DNA of 29,826 nucleotides from a virus. Taxonomy: Duplodnaviria; Caudoviricetes. This document shows, piece after piece, positions 7,582 to 19,600 of this stretch. The notes under the pieces are model-generated. The model did no database searches and was not told the DNA's origin. It saw nothing but the letters and a program-made list of their open reading frames with translations. The position numbers were made by a program, and so were the translations under genes. Each line of letters begins with the position of its first letter. Position 1 is the first letter of the stretch. The DNA lies in the IMG/VR virus record IMGVR_UViG_3300032330_001023, positions 1-29,826 of that record, one strand, 5' to 3'.

Positions 7582-10488
7582 ATGAAACCGTTAGATTTTC
7601 TAACGGCGGTACTTCCTTTCTCTGAAGCTTTTTATTGCATTGCGGAATTTGATTCCCGCAGGAAAGAGCACATCTTTGGTAGCTCATTGGAAGAGCTTGC
7701 CGTTAACGCGGCACAGTTTGACCGTGACGAAAAGGATGCGTACTTTGCTTTAGCGGCGTACAAACATTCTGGCGATCGTACGGCAGAGAACGCTAAGGTT
7801 ATGCGTTCATTCTTTCTCGACATTGATTGCGCAGAAGATGGTCCCAAGACTTACGCTGATAAAGAACTTGGTCTTGCTGCGTTTAATGCGTTCCTTAGTA
7901 AAACAGGTTTAGATAAACTAGGTTTGCCTCTCGTCGTTGATTCAGGCGGGGGCTATCATGTGTACTGGCCTTTAACAGCTAACGTCGATATAGCTGCGTG
8001 GAAACCTGTTGCTGAAAACTTTAAACGCCTGTGCAAGCAAGAAGGCTTGAAGATTGATTTCTCTGTACCTGCTGATGCAGCGCGTGTATTGCGTGTGCCC
8101 GGCACTACTAACTGGAAGCGAGTCAGAAAGTATGGCATCACGTTGCCGGTGGTTGTATGGCAGGAGCCATCGCCAGAGATGTTTTTGTTTGACGACTTTG
8201 CCAAGATCGTCCGTGAGAATCTCATAGACATACCTCCGGTAAAAGATTTTGAAGCCATACCCGGCAAAAGACCTACGTTACCTGCGACAGCAACCACACT
8301 CAAGCTGTTTGAGAATTCGTCCACGTTCTTTAAGACAATCTTAAACAAGACAACTAAAGGTGAAGGCTGCGGACAGCTCGCACACTACCTTGAAAACGCT
8401 GCTGAAGATGGGATGGAGCCGCTATGGCGCGGTTGGCTTTCTATTGCAACGAAGTGCGAAGACGGTGTTAAAGCATCGAACTTTCTTACTGACCGTCATC
8501 CATATACTAAAGAACGCATGGCGCAGAAGCTGCGCGAGATCAAAGGTCCATACCCATGCACTAAGTTTGATAGTGAAAACCCCGGCATCTGCACAGGTTG
8601 CAAGCACTACGGCAAGATAACTAACCCATTGGCGCTTGGCAGGGAGGTGCAAGTTGAGGTTGAGGAGAAGGTTATACAGGTTGTTAAGCAGCCTACTGCA
8701 CCCCACGAAGAAGCAACGCAGGTTACGTATGTTCGCCCGACAGCGCCTCGCGGGTTCTCGTATGGCAAAACGGGGGGCATCTATCGCGAAGAGACGACGA
8801 CGGATGAGGAAGGTAACAAGGTAACTGCACAACGTATGATCCTGCCCTACGATCTGTTTGTCATGGACATACTAAAACCTATTGATGGCGACCACACGGT
8901 TCACATGGTGGCGCTGCGTCCTGAAGGTGCAGTAGATATTTTGTTTCCACAGAAAGTTATTATTGGCAAGGATGAGATCGCCAAGTCACTAGCATCACAG
9001 AATATTATTGCAGCGTTTGGTGCAGGTAACGATGCCCAGTTGTGGATGTACGTGCGTGGTTGTGTTGAGAACTACAGTTCAGGGCGTGGGGCTATGGGTG
9101 TGCCGTCTAACTACGGATGGCAGAAGGACAGCTCGTTTGTCCACCATAACTTGATCTACGGTATTGATGGTTCGATTCGTAAGATTCCTATGCCGGGTCT
9201 GGAGAACGTGTTTCATGCAACAGGACGCGAGGGTACGTTGGAGGGGTGGCGCAAGCGCTTTCTTTTATTGGCCTCGTCCACCTACAACAAACCTGCAGAT
9301 TTGCATCCACTACTAGCAAGCGCCTGTGTTGGGTTTGGTTCTGTTGTTATGGCGTTCTCTGGCATTGACGGCATGACGTTTCACTTGGGGCACAGAGAGT
9401 CAGGTACTGGTAAGTCATACGCGCTGCGTATGGCAGCGTCTATCTGGGGGCATCCTAACCGCTACCGCGTAGGCGCAGCTACATCGGACGTTGCTATGCT
9501 GCAAAGGGCTGGCCTACTAGGCAGTCTGGCGCTGATCTCAGATGAGATCACAACTAAAAACCGTGCCAACTTGGAGTGGTTCCCTTCCTTTTGCTTTAGT
9601 TACAGCGAGGGTGGTGGCAAGGACAGGATGGAGTCAGGGGCTAACAAGGAACGGATTAACACGTCGTTCTGGAAGGGTCTAGCTTTGATGGCATCTAATA
9701 CGGTGGTGCTAGATTACATGACGGGTGTGCGTAAGCATTCGTCTGAGGGTGAACTGCGTCGTGTTTTGGAGCACAACCCACGCACTAAATTGCGTTGGTC
9801 TCCTGAAGAGCTTGAGCTTATTAAAACGTATGAAGACAGCTATGGCGTTGCCGGTCCCCTGTTTGCTCAGTGGGCTGTAAAGAACCGCGAGACTATACAA
9901 CGTGTATACAAAGAAGTAGAAGCACGGCTTAAAGTCGAGTTCAGCATCGTGGACGATGAGCGCTTTTGGTTGGCGGGCTGCGCCGCTGATGTGACCGGAG
10001 CTATTCTTGCGGGCGACAACTACGCAGGGATTGTTAACCTGCCCATCGAAGGTATTATCAAAGCGTTAAAGGGTATGGTAGTGGAGCAGCGCAAGCTGAT
10101 GCGCGCAAGTGTTAGGACGGCAGAGGATGTTTTGTCAGATTACACTACGACTTTCTATGGCAACCTTGTTGTGTTTTCTGCGGCTGATCCTATTGGTGTG
10201 CGGTTTGGCGACGATACGTTGGTTGAGAAGAACACGTTGCGTACTAAGGTAGCAGGGCGTGTGGAGCACGAGGTAGCGCCGGGGTTTGTTGACTTCTACA
10301 TCGAGGAGCAGCAACTAAAAGCACATTGTGCTGCAATGGGGTTTAGCTTCTCTGACTTTAAGCGTGACATAGAAAACATCTACCGAGTGCAGTACATCAA
10401 TAAGTTTGATCTATTGCGCAAAACCAACGGACCACCTATGCGTGTCAACGTTGTGAAGATCAGTCAGCCCAGAGAGTCGTTTGGCTAA
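7582..10488 (+). CDS. AEP primase-helicase fusion (DUF927-like domain plus P-loop helicase); start ATG 7582 or 7570
   Basis: AEP motifs FFLDID, SGGGYHVYW, DAARVLRVPGTTN; Cys-rich middle domain; YGWQ; Walker A ESGTGKS; Walker B LISDE; GGGAG at 7572-7576. Confidence 0.9.
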   Translation: MKPLDFLTAVLPFSEAFYCIAEFDSRRKEHIFGSSLEELAVNAAQFDRDEKDAYFALAAYKHSGDRTAENAKVMRSFFLDIDCAEDGPKTYADKELGLAAFNAFLSKTGLDKLGLPLVVDSGGGYHVYWPLTANVDIAAWKPVAENFKRLCKQEGLKIDFSVPADAARVLRVPGTTNWKRVRKYGITLPVVVWQEPSPEMFLFDDFAKIVRENLIDIPPVKDFEAIPGKRPTLPATATTLKLFENSSTFFKTILNKTTKGEGCGQLAHYLENAAEDGMEPLWRGWLSIATKCEDGVKASNFLTDRHPYTKERMAQKLREIKGPYPCTKFDSENPGICTGCKHYGKITNPLALGREVQVEVEEKVIQVVKQPTAPHEEATQVTYVRPTAPRGFSYGKTGGIYREETTTDEEGNKVTAQRMILPYDLFVMDILKPIDGDHTVHMVALRPEGAVDILFPQKVIIGKDEIAKSLASQNIIAAFGAGNDAQLWMYVRGCVENYSSGRGAMGVPSNYGWQKDSSFVHHNLIYGIDGSIRKIPMPGLENVFHATGREGTLEGWRKRFLLLASSTYNKPADLHPLLASACVGFGSVVMAFSGIDGMTFHLGHRESGTGKSYALRMAASIWGHPNRYRVGAATSDVAMLQRAGLLGSLALISDEITTKNRANLEWFPSFCFSYSEGGGKDRMESGANKERINTSFWKGLALMASNTVVLDYMTGVRKHSSEGELRRVLEHNPRTKLRWSPEELELIKTYEDSYGVAGPLFAQWAVKNRETIQRVYKEVEARLKVEFSIVDDERFWLAGCAADVTGAILAGDNYAGIVNLPIEGIIKALKGMVVEQRKLMRASVRTAEDVLSDYTTTFYGNLVVFSAADPIGVRFGDDTLVEKNTLRTKVAGRVEHEVAPGFVDFYIEEQQLKAHCAAMGFSFSDFKRDIENIYRVQYINKFDLLRKTNGPPMRVNVVKISQPRESFG

Positions 10489-10489
10489 A

Positions 10490-10693
10490 ATGGCTAAGAA
10501 GCTGACAGTTAAATACCCTTGGGCTGCGCTGCCTCGCTATGGTGGGTTTTTTGTACCAACGTTGGAACTTGAGAAGACGCGGGAGGAAGGATTAAAAGAA
10601 GGTATCCGCGTACGTAAGTGGGGGAAAGCCGAGCCAGCCATCAAGGATGGCAAGCTCGGTGTGTTGTTTACTATTGGCGGGCGGCGGCATTAA
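10490..10693 (+). CDS. Small basic conserved phage protein (KYPW...GFFVP motif), possibly DNA-binding
   Basis: ATG 1 nt after the primase stop; motif resembles the recurrent phage KYPF...GDSFFVP pattern. Confidence 0.7.
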   Translation: MAKKLTVKYPWAALPRYGGFFVPTLELEKTREEGLKEGIRVRKWGKAEPAIKDGKLGVLFTIGGRRH

Positions 10694-13600
10694 ACGCAGC
10701 CGCGAAGTCGTCCTTGGCATAACGTATCTCGTCAACACGTAAACGCTTTTCATCAGGCTTGAGGGACGAAGCGCGAACAAGGCGTTCCATCTTTGAGAAC
10801 TCAGACATCTGGTTCTTGAACTTTTCAGAAACGCTAGCAGTAACAATCTCGCGCCCATACTTGTCGGCAAACTCTTCGGCTTCTTTAAGTTTGCCATTCT
10901 CAATCAGACTGTCGAATGTGTTTTTAATCTGCGTGTACTGTTCAGCGTTTTTAAAAAACGCATCCAGTTGTGCTCTGCCGTTGTTAGGCTGGAACATAGA
11001 ACCCACCAGAGGCATTTCAGACATACGTTTAGTCGGCGCTTCAGGACCTTCAGTTGCTGGCATAACAGCGCCTAGCATGTTCATCAGCATCAGACCGTAA
11101 CCACCGAAGTATGCGTTAGCTAAGTAGTCTACTTTAACAGGCGAAACACCCAGCGCGTTGCCAACAGCCATAGCAGCCCCAGTTGTTTTCTCGCGTGTAC
11201 GTGCTTCCGGTAGTAGCCCTTCTTCTGTCGTAGCCTCAATGTCCTCGCCGGTATAGAACGACTTGTTAAGTTTAGCTTCTAGTATGGGCTTAACTGCTTG
11301 CGGTATGAACGTCGTTGGACCCAACGGCATAGTGTCGGCAAGCATCTTGCCCATAGCATCCAACACAGGTTTACCTTGTGTATCTTTCTGGGCAAGCATG
11401 TAGATAGCTTCAGGCAACGCTTTAAAGATAAGACCCGCTTCGTATGGAATAGGTATGCGGATAGGCTCTTCAACGCCGGGTATGCGCACAAAGAAATTAG
11501 TTAACTTGTCGCGTGGTTTAGCGCGTTTGTATGCGTCGTCGTCTTGCATAGCGGCTGCATACGCAATGGTTGTAGCTGCTAAAAGAGTGCCCCGCAAGAC
11601 TAGCTTACGTTGGATACCCAGTCTGTCATTGAAAGGCAGCTTGCCGCGCATGGACTCGTACAATACGTTCAAGCCTTGTATCTGCGAGTTTAAGAAAGGC
11701 ACCATCATGTTTAAGGCGTACAACGTACCGCTCGTTCCACGCTTACTAAAGTTCATGGATTCCATAGCAGCTAACGTTGCTTCCATCTCCGACAACCCCT
11801 GCTGCCTGTACGACTTGTACAGCGCCACCCTCGATGAAGCGTCTGCCTTCATTGCCAACATATCAGCCTTAGCCAAAACGCTGACATCACCTTTCATCAA
11901 CTGCAACAGAATCTTTTCCATGTCTTCTGATGTACCGGAAATAATCTGCCCACCAAACACACCTGCGCGTTGCAGCGTTCTTTCTTCTTCTCCCGCACCA
12001 CCAAACATTTCTATCATTTGTTTTATGGAACTAGTTACCGGAGTCATGTTACCCCCAGCAATTAAGAAGTTAGATGCAGAGTCACGCACGATCTGACGTG
12101 CAGGGTATAACGGTGTACGTGTAATTAACGTACGCAATAATTTAGCTGGCATGGACATAAGTTTTACGCCGGTGCCAATGGTAGTCGTTGTGCCGTGCAG
12201 ACCTTGTACTAAAAGCTTTGATGGAATGCCGACAGATTCAGACGCTACGCGTACGTGCTTTTCTTCTCCATCAATCTTAAAGCGCACAGTCTTTTCATCT
12301 GCTGGGCCGGGGCCATTAAAGATGCGTTTAGTTTTGCCAGTCTCGGCACTGTAAGTGCCTTCCAACAACCCCATACCTTCAAGGCCAAACGCCACTTCTT
12401 TAGTTGCCAAATTGCTAAGACCCATATCTACGATCATGGACGTGTTCTGAACCAACGTAGCAAAGAAGTCACTGCGAACCTTTTGATCGTCGCCAACTAA
12501 GCTGTGCAGATACGGTTGGCTCTTAACGTTTCCGATGGTTAACGAATGACGGTCGCCAATATCCAAAACCACGTTGTCACCATCCATGCGGTAGTACGGT
12601 ACGTAGTCGTTGTACTTTAAAAGATCAGCGCCTAGCTTTTTGCTAATAGCACCGGCTTTAACAAGGAAGTTAATTAAGTCTTTGTTGTACTGGTTGTATA
12701 TTTCACGCGCTTTAACAAACTCTGGCACAGACTCAAAATCTTTGATAGCGGCATCAATAGCAGCGCGTGATGGGGGGTTCTCGAAGTTTAGCTTGCCAGC
12801 GCCTTGGTTCTTCGCGCGATAAGCTAGGAGGCCAGCTTGGAATTCCTTGGCTACGTTGTTAGCGTTGCCCATGTCCTTGACTTGACCCAACAGTTTTACC
12901 ATCTGCTTAACCGAAGCGCCGCCTGTATCGCTTAGTACGTAGTTGCCTTTGCTGTCTTGCTGTAGCACAGGAGCGCCGTTGTTTAATGCGTTGGCTGTAA
13001 CAGACGTGCGGTTATCATGTACGCGAGCGTAGTACATCATCTGGTAATACTTGTCTTCACTCATCTTGCCGCGACGACCTGCCTCGGCTACACCAGCCCA
13101 CCTATCAACCGTAGCTTGTTTTAACGCAAGACCGGCGGAAGTTAAGAAGTGTTCGCCAAAGCGCGGGGCAGGTGGAGCTATATAACTGTCAGCAAACGAT
13201 TGCAACCCTGCTTTGGAATTAACGCCGGGTATAGCTTGGTCACGCCTAAACGCCGTTTCTCCTGCCGGATCACGGTACACACCGATAGTGTGGTTCTGAA
13301 TACTAGCGCCAGCGTGTTGTAGCAAGTTGTAGATATCGCCAGTCTCAAGCTTTACGTATTCGGTAAAACCATATTCAATCATCTTGGTGCGTATAGCAGC
13401 AATTATTTTCTTTACAAAATCTTTTACTCTGTCAGCTATTGTTTTTGTTTTAGCTGCTTCAGTTGTTTTCCCTGCAAGCACAGGCTGTTCTGCAACACGC
13501 GCAATCATCTCACGCAGTGCAAGCATACGGTGTTTGTCTTTTATTTCTTGTATTTGTGCGGCGCTGTCACCCCGCGCCTCAGCTGCTGCAACGGCGTTAT

Positions 13601-16600
13601 CCATTGCTACAAAAACTTCTTCCACATACTTTGTAACGCCAAGCTGTTCAGCAAACTGCAGCATGTTTGTTCTGCGTTTGTCAGCGTTGGTTTTAATTTC
13701 CGTTTGGTTTTTAGTTTGCGATGCGTTATTTATAACAGAAATTAAATCTTCAGTATACGTTCTGTAAAAATCACGAATATTGTTTAGCGCTTGTTTGCCA
13801 TGTTCAGCAACATATTCTTCCATAGCATGTTGCGAATGATACATTATGTCACTTTCATCATACAAAGCTCCCCATAAATTATTATGTTCTTCTCCTAACA
13901 TACCAAGTTTTTTCATTGCGTCATATTGTAAATCGTCTTTAGTTCTACTGCTTATTACATTAGGAACAGTTTGTAATACTTTGTCTATAAATGAATTCGC
14001 AGTATCAACAGTATTCCATGCAGCTTCAACAATTTGTTCTTCAGTCATTGACGATGGGACAGTAGGAAGTTGCAACGCAGCAACCGAAACAGTTGCCGCT
14101 TTTAAAAACCGTCTACGACTTTCATCAACTTCGGGTTTTGCTGAAGGCGTTTCATAATTTTCAACCAACTTTAACAACGACAGCATACCTTTGCGACCAA
14201 GCATTGTGTCAATACCATAGTGGCCGACCAGTTCATGCGCTGCCGTTACTTCAAGGTCAAGCCGGCTTTCATGCTGATTGCCAATAATAAACACATACCC
14301 ATCAGGCGTAACACCGCCTTTAACTACTACGGCAGGATCAGTAGGATCAATACCGTCGGCTTCCAAACGCTTGAGGATGTGGTTAGGCAACCCGCTTACG
14401 TCGTACGAGTAGATAAACTTAATATTTTTTGGCAAGCTCTGTTTTAAGAAGCCAGCAAAGTTTTGCGCTTCTATTTTATTGATTGGGTTCTTAACAACAT
14501 CTTCCCCGAGGCGCAATACCGTTCCGTCTTTTTTGCTGCGAACAAACTGATTGATGGCTGTTTCAAGCGAGCCTTCTTTAAACTGCGCTGTTTTCTTTGG
14601 CTTAACTACAGGCTCAAAGTTGTTGTTAACTGCTTTACGGAATGTGCCTTTAGCTTCTGTGTATTCGCCAGATGTAAGTTCAGTGCCTTGACGTACAAAA
14701 AACTCAGTTTGCGACTGAGCTGCAGCACGTACAGCTTGAGGACTACGTGCCCCGTGTTTAGCAACGGCTGCTTTATAACGTGGAGAATCCTGAACAAACT
14801 TTTCCTGTGCGCGGCCTTGTAGCGATGAATCTTTAGATGTTCTGCCGCGCTTACGTGGGTTTATGCCTGTTTGTTTTGCTTGCTGCACCATAGTGCGCGC
14901 AGTCTCGGCGGCTGCTTTAGCTTGCTCCCTTGCAGGTGCTTTCATTTCTGCAGTAACGCCGGGAAGTTCAGCTTCTGCTGCTAGGCGCTCTGCGCGCTCT
15001 GCTTCAGTCTCCTCGCTAAACAAACCTCTTTCTTTAGTAATTGGTTTTGGTTTAGAGCCGGGTTTGCCAAAACCTGCAGTCGGGAAGTTTTCAATCTTAA
15101 CGCCCGCTTCACGCGCAGAATTACGCAACGGCCCAACCACGGCGTTGTAATGCTTGGTAATAGCCTTCTGGGCTTTGTTAATACGTTTAGTAAGCGCGGC
15201 TTTCTTTTTTTCAGGCGCGTCTTTAACAGCGGCTTCAAGTGCTGCTTTTTTATCTTGTAGTCTGCTTTGCGTTACTAACGCGCGGCGTAGCAAACCCATT
15301 ACCCGCGTTGCTTCCTGACGCTGGTATATACCACCGGGCAAACCAAGACCTGTCTGCAGGTCTTCTTCCATAATCATGCGTTTGCGGTTAGTTGTATCCC
15401 GCAAGTTTTCTAACGCTCTTGTTTCAATAGCCACTTTCTGCCGAAGGGCAGCAGCCTCTGCCGCCGCAGCTTTTTGTTCTGCTGAAGTAAAGTCAATGCT
15501 TTTTAACTGACGTTCTAGTTCAGCAATGCGTTCTTTCATGGCAACAACACGTTTGTCGGTTGCAGCTAAAATAGAAACTAACTCCAACTCTTCACGTAAA
15601 CCGTTACGCTCTTGCGCTAAACGGCCTATTTCTTTTTGTGTTTCATCAATCTGTTTGTTTACTTCTTTAATTTGTTGAACTTTGCTATCCGCAATAGTTT
15701 TTACTTGTTGTGCAGTAGCGTCGGTTTTAACGCGGTTTTGTATTTGGCGCAGTTCGGTCTCAAGTAAGTCGCGTTTAAACTTCAACCCGCTAGGTGTGTT
15801 AGTTTCGCTGTAACCTTTACCAACGTGTTTTTCTAAAGCTTTTACTACTTGAGTGTAGTGAAAATCTACTTCCAAAAACGATGCGCTTCCAAAGAACATA
15901 GCTTGTTGCATCTGGGCGTATTCAATAACACGCGAGAACAAATTAGCTTTGTTATCTAGCACAACCAAATCGTTGTACAGCATTTGCAGCGCCGGCATTT
16001 CTGTTTGCCCGCGCCCTTGTTTGTTTAATTTTTCAATCTCAGCTTCTGCAAGAACCCGTGCCCCGTCAAGCTCTACTATCTGCTGACGCAGGTTTGCAAT
16101 AAACGGACCATATTTTATTTCGCCGTAATGCAAGCGAATCATGCGTTCAAGCTCTGCTATTTTTACTGCCGTATCAGATGTTAAATCTTTAATTTGCGTT
16201 TTTAATTCGCTAGCTAACGTCAGCAAACGGCTTAAAGGAAATAGGTGAGTCTGCTGTTTTAATGCTGCTTTACGTTTGTCGTCAGCAGCTTTTGCCATAA
16301 GCTGTTCAAGTTTAGCAAGCCGCGTTTGGGTAGCTAAAAGTTTATCTGTTTGTTTTGATAAAGTAGTGTCGTGCTCAACGTCTGTGCCAGACTCTTCTGC
16401 AAAACGCATGGCCTCAAGTAATTCAAGCTGTTGTTCAGCTTCTTGTGCGCGTAACGTATTAACCAGTTTCTGCCGTGCATCTAAATCAACGTCGTACACA
16501 GACAACAACTCAGTAATTTCAGAAGGTGCTCCCTTTAGCGCAGCCCGTAGTTTGGCAACTTCATTAGACTTTAAGTACTTAGCAAAGTTTGTGGCATTAG

Positions 16601-19600
16601 CGCGTACAACAGCAACATCTTCTTCTTTACCAAACAACGAACTCTGTGCAGTCTGATCTTCTGTAACCGTACCCAGTACACGCAGCTCATCATTAATAGC
16701 AGTAGCTGCATCCGTTAAGTCTTGGTTACGCAGTGCCCGATCAGCCGCCTCTTCAACCGCATCTAGTAATGCTCGCGACGATTTGTTTTGTTGAATAAGG
16801 CCCAACGCTTTATTAAACGCTTCTTCTAGGTCTTGGTTTAACGTACGTTTATCTGTACGTGTTCCTTCTATACCTGCTACTTGTTGTGACGGAGCACGAG
16901 TCTGCATGACTCGCTCTACCATGTTAACAACGTATCTTTCACGCTTGCCCAACTCCCCTGCTAAGGTCGTTTCTTGTTCCCCACGAGCTTTCTCAACACG
17001 CGCTGCTTCGCCAGCCGCACTTTGTCTGCGTAGTCCTTCTGCTTCAACACGTTGTGGCTTGGGGCGCTGGGTACTTAGTTTTGCTAAGACCGTATCAATT
17101 GCTTTACGCAGTTCTTTGTTTGTAGCGTTACCCAACACAAAGCTATTAATGTGCGTATTTAGTAACGCTGAACCAAGGCGTACTTGTTCTTTAGTTAAAG
17201 GCTGTAAGTTTTCTGCTTGGCGGCGATGTGCTGCCTCATCTAGCGCGTGTTGTATGTACAGGCGCTTGGCTTGCTCGACACTGTTGTGTAGCGTTGTTTC
17301 TGTGGACGAGGCTTCGCCGGGGCGACGGCCTTCTAGTGTGCGGCTCTTTTGCAGGTCGTCCGTTAATGTTTGTATTTCAAACAGAGCGTTTTCGCGGTCT
17401 TGTGCAATCTCATCTGCGCGCTTTAAAAGCTGCTGGGCTGTACCTCGTGCCGTTAGTGGGCTAGGTGTTCCAACTTCGCCTTCAGGAGCCGCGCCTACTA
17501 TGCCGGGAATAGGTTCTAGTCCGGGGCCTGTTTCTTCAGCTTGAGCAGTTACGCTTTCTCGTGCTTGGGCAATAGCGTCTCTTAAGGCTTGCTTGTCTTT
17601 TGTTGAGTACTGACGCAGCGTGTGACCTAACGCCTCTTTATCTAGCGCATCAAAAATCTCATCGTCAGTTTTGTTTTGCTCAATGCCGGTAGAAATAATG
17701 TTTGTAATAAGGCGCTTTATGTTACGCATACCGTTTTCGTCTATCGGTATACGTTTGCCGTTCTCATCAAGATTATTGCTATACAGCGTAGGGGTAGTAG
17801 CGTCTACAATCCCGCGCACAGCGTCGGCTGTAACTTTAGGTTGTGCCGCTGTTTCTAAATCCGTCTCAAGCTTTTTAACCGTAATGCCCGGCTCTTTGCC
17901 TTCAGCCTTTTGCTCAAGGGCTGTTGCTAACTGGTTAAGTAAATGGGTAATAGGTTTTGGAGTCGGCTTTTCACCAATACGCTGCAACGCGCCTTCTTCT
18001 TCAAATATTTTTCCTTGTTGTTCTGCTTTTTGTTTTTCTTCTTTGTTAGTTACAGTTTCTATGCCGGGCAACAACGGTTCTCTTTTAGCTTCCGTAGCTT
18101 CACGTTGCTGGTACATTGTTTTTAAATTTAGCTCTTGCGTCTCAGCTAAAAGATTTTTTAACTCAGTAAGTTTTTTTCCTTTGTATCCGGGAATAGTAAT
18201 TTCATTAGCTAAAATAGCTTTAGCTAAAGTTGGTTCTGTTGTTAGCGCTTTTACAACTACAACAGGGTCTTTAATGTCTTTACCCCAATAACGAAGGCCT
18301 TCTAGCTGATCGTCAAGCAGTTTTTGTTTAGGATTTTTTTCTTTGCCAAACTGTTCCCATACATCAGCAATGTCAGGTTCAGCTGTCTTTCTTTCTGTTT
18401 TAGCGTATTGTTTGACTAGTTGTTTTGTATCATCGTCGACAGACGTTAAAACGTTTTCAAGGCTTTGCCCGCTTGCTTGCTCTAACAAATATTCATTAGG
18501 CGACATAGCTTCTACGCGCTGCTTTTCTTTCAAGCCTTCGATCTTTGTTTTGTTACGTGCAAACTCTTGCTGTAGTGGATTTAGCTCGTTGTAAATCTCA
18601 CGCAGTTGCTCGTTAAATGGTTCTGCCGCAGCGTCGTACTCAGCCTGTGCCGCTTTGTTTTTCTTACCCGGGCGCTTACCAATGGCTGCTTCACGTTCTG
18701 CTTTAATACGGTCACGTTCAGCCGTTAGCTTTTCAAGCTGTGGTTCAAGGCCAAGCAAATACTCGGGGGACTCAAGACGCGCACGTTCAGCGTCTTGTTC
18801 TGTTTGCATACGTTCTCTAGCTTTAGCCGCATCTTCTTCTGCTACATCTGTTTTGGCTTGGCTTTTTTGTACAGCGCGGCCAATACCGCCCATAGGAGCG
18901 CCAAACAATCCAGCGCCGTAGGCAGCTTCTGTGTATTCTTTTAGTGCATCGTCAGACATCAACGGTTTGTTTGCTTGCCACCGCTCTAGCATCTGCTGAC
19001 CTACTTCCGTAGGAATCTCAGCAAACAAACCTTTACCGGTACCTTTGGCTATCGTAGTTGCCAGTCTTTCTTCTGCTAGCTTACGTGCCGCAGGAGAAAA
19101 CAACGCTTGTTCTGCTTCTTTTGCAGGAATGCCTAACAAACCGCGCATCAACTTGCCGCCAAAAGGAATCACCATCGAGGCGTATTCCAACCCCGCTTGA
19201 CCTGCAGCAGACGCACCTGTTTTAAGAACATCAGGTTGCAGCCCTTCAGATTCACGACGTTCAGCGCCTGAACCAAACGCTTGCAAAAACATAGGCGTGA
19301 CAGCACCAGCCACCGCACCAACGCCTGTACCAACAGGACCAAAAGCAGAACCTGCCATAGCGCCTAACCTACCAGTCGCAAATGCTTCGGCTAACTGAGG
19401 ACTTTGTTCAGCAATAAAGTGTGGCGCTTGGCGCAACACTTCGCCAGCCGCAGGAAGGATGCCTTCCTTTTGGTATTTTTCTTTAACAGCGTCCAGACTT
19501 AACTGTGATGGTGTTTCTTTTTCCAGTGCAGTAGAACGCTTTAAACCCGCCTCTGCGGCTTCCTTAGCACCAAATGGAGTCTCAAGTGCTGTGCGCTGTG

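Noticed and set aside
319-9900. Minus-strand ORFs within the replication arm (e.g. 319-708, 1413-1934, 7956-8348, 8422-8832)
   Set aside because: All lie antisense to well-supported genes and have shadow-like composition.
10759-18921. Numerous + strand ORFs (e.g. 11455-12096, 16906-17544, 17671-18291) opposite the giant gene
   Set aside because: Ser/Phe/Leu-rich antisense shadows of a Lys/Glu/Ala-rich coding strand; no motifs.
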